From contig OY781945.1 of the NCBI GenBank assembly GCA_963677435.1, positions 2,624,001 to 2,688,000 of the forward strand: a stretch of DNA of 64,000 bases, in the 5' to 3' direction. Shown here one piece after another: positions 60,526-64,000 of this stretch. The notes under the pieces were generated by a model. That model did not search any database. It was not told the origin of the DNA and was given only the letters and a program-made list of their open reading frames with translations. Origin of the DNA: an uncultured Aliarcobacter sp. (GTDB lineage Bacteria; Campylobacterota; Campylobacteria; Campylobacterales; Arcobacteraceae). A program made the translations under genes and the position numbers. The stretch's first letter is position 1, and every line of letters starts with the position of its first letter.

Positions 60526-61854
60526 TCATTCAGAAATTCTAGAAAGAATACCTGGCCTATTCTTCATAAAAAACCTAATCGCAAAAATAAAAGTTAAAAC
60601 CTCAGCACAAGACAAAGCCATAAATATTCCTACATTCCCAAAAATAAAAGGTAAAGTAAAAACAAAAGTTATAGGGAAAATAAGGCTTCTCATAATTGCT
60701 ATTAAACCAGAATACAATGGCTTTTGTATTGATGTTAAATACGCAGTTGCTAACATATTTAATCCTGAAAATAAAAATGCTGGCCAAACATAAGAAAGAA
60801 ACTCTATTGTCATCTCTTTTGTTTTATGCTCATTCCCTTTTATAAAAATATTTATTAACAACTCTGGTGAAATTATTACAAATAGGGTTAAAACTATTTC
60901 AATACAAATGATACTTATAAGACCAAGTCTTAAAAAGCTTTTCATTCTATTAAAATATTGAGCTCCATAATTTTTACTAATAATCGCCTGTAAAGAATCA
61001 GAAACTGCAAAACTTGTTAAAATACTAATTGTTATAAAATAACCAACTATTGAAAATGAAGCAATACCTAAAGCTCCAAAATTTTTCAGTAAGACATAAT
61101 TAAAAATTAAAATAGTAATTCCAACAGATGATTCATTTATAAACTCTGAAAATCCATTTTTTAAAGCATTAAAGATATTAAAAAAACTTCCCTTAGGTTT
61201 TACTAATCTAAGAGTAGAATTTTTTAAGAAAAAATGAGGAAGTAATACTATAAGAATCACAATTTCAGATATACCAGTAGCATAAGCTGCACCACTGATT
61301 CCCCAATTAAATTTTACTATAAAGATATAATCTAATATCACATTTACTAAAGAACTTAACACCAAAGCAATAAAAGATAAATTTGGATTTTCATCCACTT
61401 TTACAAAATAATCAACGGTAATTCCAATCATTAAAAATGGCAAAAACTTCAAAATCACAGGAAGATACTTTAATGTTTCATCTCTTAATTCATCTTGTAC
61501 ATTTATAAAATCTAAAACCCTATCAATATTCATATAAAGTGAAAAATTCAAAATAATAGCAAGAATAACAATGGTATAAATTGATTTTGTAAAGACATTT
61601 GAAGCTTCTTTTATATTTCCCTCACCCATTAATTTAGCTGTAATTACAGAGTTTCCAACTGCAAACATCAAAGCAAAACCAAATAAGATATTAAATAATG
61701 GAAAAGATATATTAATAGCCGCTAAACTAACATACCCCACATAATTACCAACAAAATATCCATCTATAATATTTGCAGAAGAAATGGCTAAAAAGCCTAA
61801 CATTGAAGGGATTAAATATTTAAAAAATAGGATATAAGGTTTTGACTCAAGCAT
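60526..61854 (-). CDS. MATE family efflux transporter
   Basis: NIIDGYFVG, NVILDYIFI..WGISGAAYAT; about 12 TM segments. Confidence 0.9.
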   Translation of the reverse strand: MLESKPYILFFKYLIPSMLGFLAISSANIIDGYFVGNYVGYVSLAAINISFPLFNILFGFALMFAVGNSVITAKLMGEGNIKEASNVFTKSIYTIVILAIILNFSLYMNIDRVLDFINVQDELRDETLKYLPVILKFLPFLMIGITVDYFVKVDENPNLSFIALVLSSLVNVILDYIFIVKFNWGISGAAYATGISEIVILIVLLPHFFLKNSTLRLVKPKGSFFNIFNALKNGFSEFINESSVGITILIFNYVLLKNFGALGIASFSIVGYFITISILTSFAVSDSLQAIISKNYGAQYFNRMKSFLRLGLISIICIEIVLTLFVIISPELLINIFIKGNEHKTKEMTIEFLSYVWPAFLFSGLNMLATAYLTSIQKPLYSGLIAIMRSLIFPITFVFTLPFIFGNVGIFMALSCAEVLTFIFAIRFFMKNRPGILSRISE

Positions 61855-61985
61855 AATTTTACTTTTATAGTTTTTTAGAATAATATCGTAATATCAAACA
61901 ATAATGCTTTAATCTCTAAGTGATTTTTCACTACTTTATTTACATAATTTCAAAACAAAATTAATTATTTTGATATACTTATCAA

Positions 61986-62558
61986 ATGATATGCCTAACT
62001 TGTAAAAACTTGTCATTTCAAATCATCTGTGAAGATTGTCAAAATAACCTTTTAATTCCTTCTTTTCATAAAAGAGAACTAGAAGATGGATTTTATAATT
62101 ATTCCTTTTATTCTTTGTCAGAATTAGAAGATTTAATCTCTTCAAAATATTATTTTCATGGAGATAGAGTTTTTAATATTTTAGCAAGGCTCTCATTTAA
62201 AAAATTTGCTCAAAACTTTATTTTTGATTCAAAAATTTTAGCAATTCCAATTGATGATCATACAAGACATGATTTTTCTCATACTGCAATTTTAGCAAAA
62301 CATCTAAAATCAAAATTTATAACTCCAAAATACAATTGCTTAAAAGCTTCTAATATAGTCAAATATGCAGGAAAAGATTTGGAATTTAGACAAAAAAATC
62401 CAAGACGATTTAAGCTTACAAATATATCTAACCAAGTGACAATTTTATGTGATGATTTAATCACAACAGGTGCTACAATTAGGGAAGCAAAAAAGGCTCT
62501 TGAGAAAAAAAATAATCAAGTTCTATTCTCTTTAACCCTAGCTGATGCAAAACTTTAG
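61986..62558 (+). CDS. ComF family phosphoribosyltransferase-like protein
   Basis: CxxC...CxxC N-terminus and LCDDLITTGAT PRT motif. Confidence 0.85.
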   Translation: MICLTCKNLSFQIICEDCQNNLLIPSFHKRELEDGFYNYSFYSLSELEDLISSKYYFHGDRVFNILARLSFKKFAQNFIFDSKILAIPIDDHTRHDFSHTAILAKHLKSKFITPKYNCLKASNIVKYAGKDLEFRQKNPRRFKLTNISNQVTILCDDLITTGATIREAKKALEKKNNQVLFSLTLADAKL

Positions 62559-62609
62559 TATAATTTTCATTATTTAAGAATAAGAACATAACCTATTTAA
62601 AGGAACATC

Positions 62610-63218
62610 GTGATAGGAATTATTGATTATAACATGGGAAATTTAGCAAGTGTTTACAATGCTTGTAAATTAATAGATGCACAAGCAACTATTGTTAAAA
62701 ACCCTGAAGATTTAAAAAATTTCAATAGAGTTATTTTACCTGGTGTTGGTGCTTACAAAGATGCCATGGAGCATTTAATCAAAACAGGTATGAATGAAGC
62801 TGTTTATGAGTTTGCGAAAAGCGGAAAACCAATGATTGGTATTTGTCTTGGAATGCAACTTCTATTTGAAAGTTCTCAAGAATTTGGACACACAGATGGT
62901 CTTGGATTAATTGATGGGCAAGTTGTAAAATTTGATAAGTCAAAAATGCATGAAGATTTCAAAGTTCCACACATGGGTTGGAACATAATTAGAAATAATG
63001 AACATGCTTTATTTGAAGGATTAAAAGATCCATATTTATACTTTGTTCACTCTTTTCATGCAGTTACAAGTGAAAAAAATATTATAGGAACGACAACTTA
63101 CGGTTATGATTTTACAAGTGCTGTTAATAAAGATAATATTTACGGTTTCCAACCACACCCTGAAAAATCACATGATAATGGGTTAAAAATTTTGAAGAAC
63201 TTTATAAATCTAAAATAA
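62610..63218 (+). CDS. hisH: Imidazole glycerol phosphate synthase, glutaminase subunit
   Basis: DYNMGNL, LPGVG, GICLGMQ, PHMGWN, YFVHSF, HPEKS. Confidence 0.95.
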   Translation: MIGIIDYNMGNLASVYNACKLIDAQATIVKNPEDLKNFNRVILPGVGAYKDAMEHLIKTGMNEAVYEFAKSGKPMIGICLGMQLLFESSQEFGHTDGLGLIDGQVVKFDKSKMHEDFKVPHMGWNIIRNNEHALFEGLKDPYLYFVHSFHAVTSEKNIIGTTTYGYDFTSAVNKDNIYGFQPHPEKSHDNGLKILKNFINLK

Positions 63219-63231
63219 TAAAGGATAAGTC

Positions 63232-64000
63232 ATGACAACTATAGCAATTACTGGTGCAAGTGGTTTTGTAGGGACAAGTTTAACAAAATATTTTTCTGAT
63301 TTAGGATATAAAATCATTCCTATTTCACGAGACATTTTAAATAATAAATCAAAACTTGAAGAGACTTTAAATTCAAGTGAAATTGTAATTAATCTAGCTG
63401 GTGCTAACATAATAAATAGATGGAGTGAATCTTACAAAAAACTTCTTTATTCAAGTAGAATTGATACAACTTCTAAAATTGTAAATGCAATTAATAATAT
63501 AACAAATAAACCAAAACTTCTTATTTCTACTTCTGCTGTTGGTATTTATGACAATAAAACTACTTATGATGAAAATGGCTCATTTTCAAATGATTTTCTT
63601 TCTTCTTTATGTCAAGATTGGGAAAAAGAAGCTTTAAAAGCAAAAAATGAAACTACTAAAGTTTCTATTTTTAGATTTGGAATTGTTCTTGGGCGTGATG
63701 GTGGCGCTTTACAAAAAATGATTACACCTTTTAAATTAGGAGTTGGAGGAATAATAGGAAATGGGAAACAAGCATTTTCTTATATTCACATCGATGATTT
63801 AATGGCGGCTTATAAATTTGTAATCCAAAATGAGTGTGAAGAAATATTTAATTTAACAGCGCCTGTTCCCACAACAAACAAAGGCTTAACCCTTGCTTTA
63901 GGGAAAACACTAAAAAGACCTACTATACTTCCAGTTCCAGAATTTGTTTTAAATCTTATTTTTAGTGAGGGAGCTCGTGTTTTAACCGATGGACAAAGTG
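63232..64000 (+). CDS. TIGR01777/YfcH family NAD-dependent epimerase, 3' end outside window
   Basis: Manual translation MTTIAITGASGFVG...INLAGANI..RWS...SRIDTT...STSAVGIY...CQDWE...RFGIVLG. Confidence 0.88.
   Translation, partial: MTTIAITGASGFVGTSLTKYFSDLGYKIIPISRDILNNKSKLEETLNSSEIVINLAGANIINRWSESYKKLLYSSRIDTTSKIVNAINNITNKPKLLISTSAVGIYDNKTTYDENGSFSNDFLSSLCQDWEKEALKAKNETTKVSIFRFGIVLGRDGGALQKMITPFKLGVGGIIGNGKQAFSYIHIDDLMAAYKFVIQNECEEIFNLTAPVPTTNKGLTLALGKTLKRPTILPVPEFVLNLIFSEGARVLTDGQS

Noticed and set aside
4758..63410. Short antisense or overlapping ORFs in the track (e.g. 4758, 9134, 10518, 17664, 22758, 27785, 32399, 43353, 51327, 56294, 63210)
   Set aside because: They lie within or opposite well-supported genes and have no recognisable motifs.

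Overview
AT-rich chromosomal segment of an Arcobacteraceae-like Campylobacterota bacterium. The taxon is inferred from gene content and synteny (rpsB-tsf-ABC-acidic protein-gmk; nfuA-hyp-murE; sppA-amidohydrolase-aroQ; epsilon-type mqo; CadF-like OMPs). Most of the window is housekeeping: tpx, znuBC, hemH, ccoIS, gmk, tsf, rpsB, murE, ileS, mqo, folK, prs, lepA, hisH. Notable parts: (1) a ~2.3-kb accessory scar (2.0-4.3 kb) with a REP-associated tyrosine transposase between two inverted, covarying REP hairpins, plus remnants of a type I secretion/RTX-like locus; (2) an exact tandem duplication of a tRNA Lys-Glu-Val-Asp block; (3) an ~18-kb acetate/short-carboxylate island with an sCache_2 kinase and OmpR regulator, three SSS/ActP permease modules, two cNMP-CBS-DUF294 nucleotidyltransferase/DEDDh nuclease pairs and ackA-pta-ackA. 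Three of its promoters share an identically spaced TGCTA-N6-TGCWA-N11-(-10) motif, a candidate undescribed regulon; (4) tandem D-type and C-type mnmA genes preceded by a possible structured RNA; (5) two palindromic repeat-like elements after lepA. All calls are by eye from the sequence and ORF track; no searches were run.
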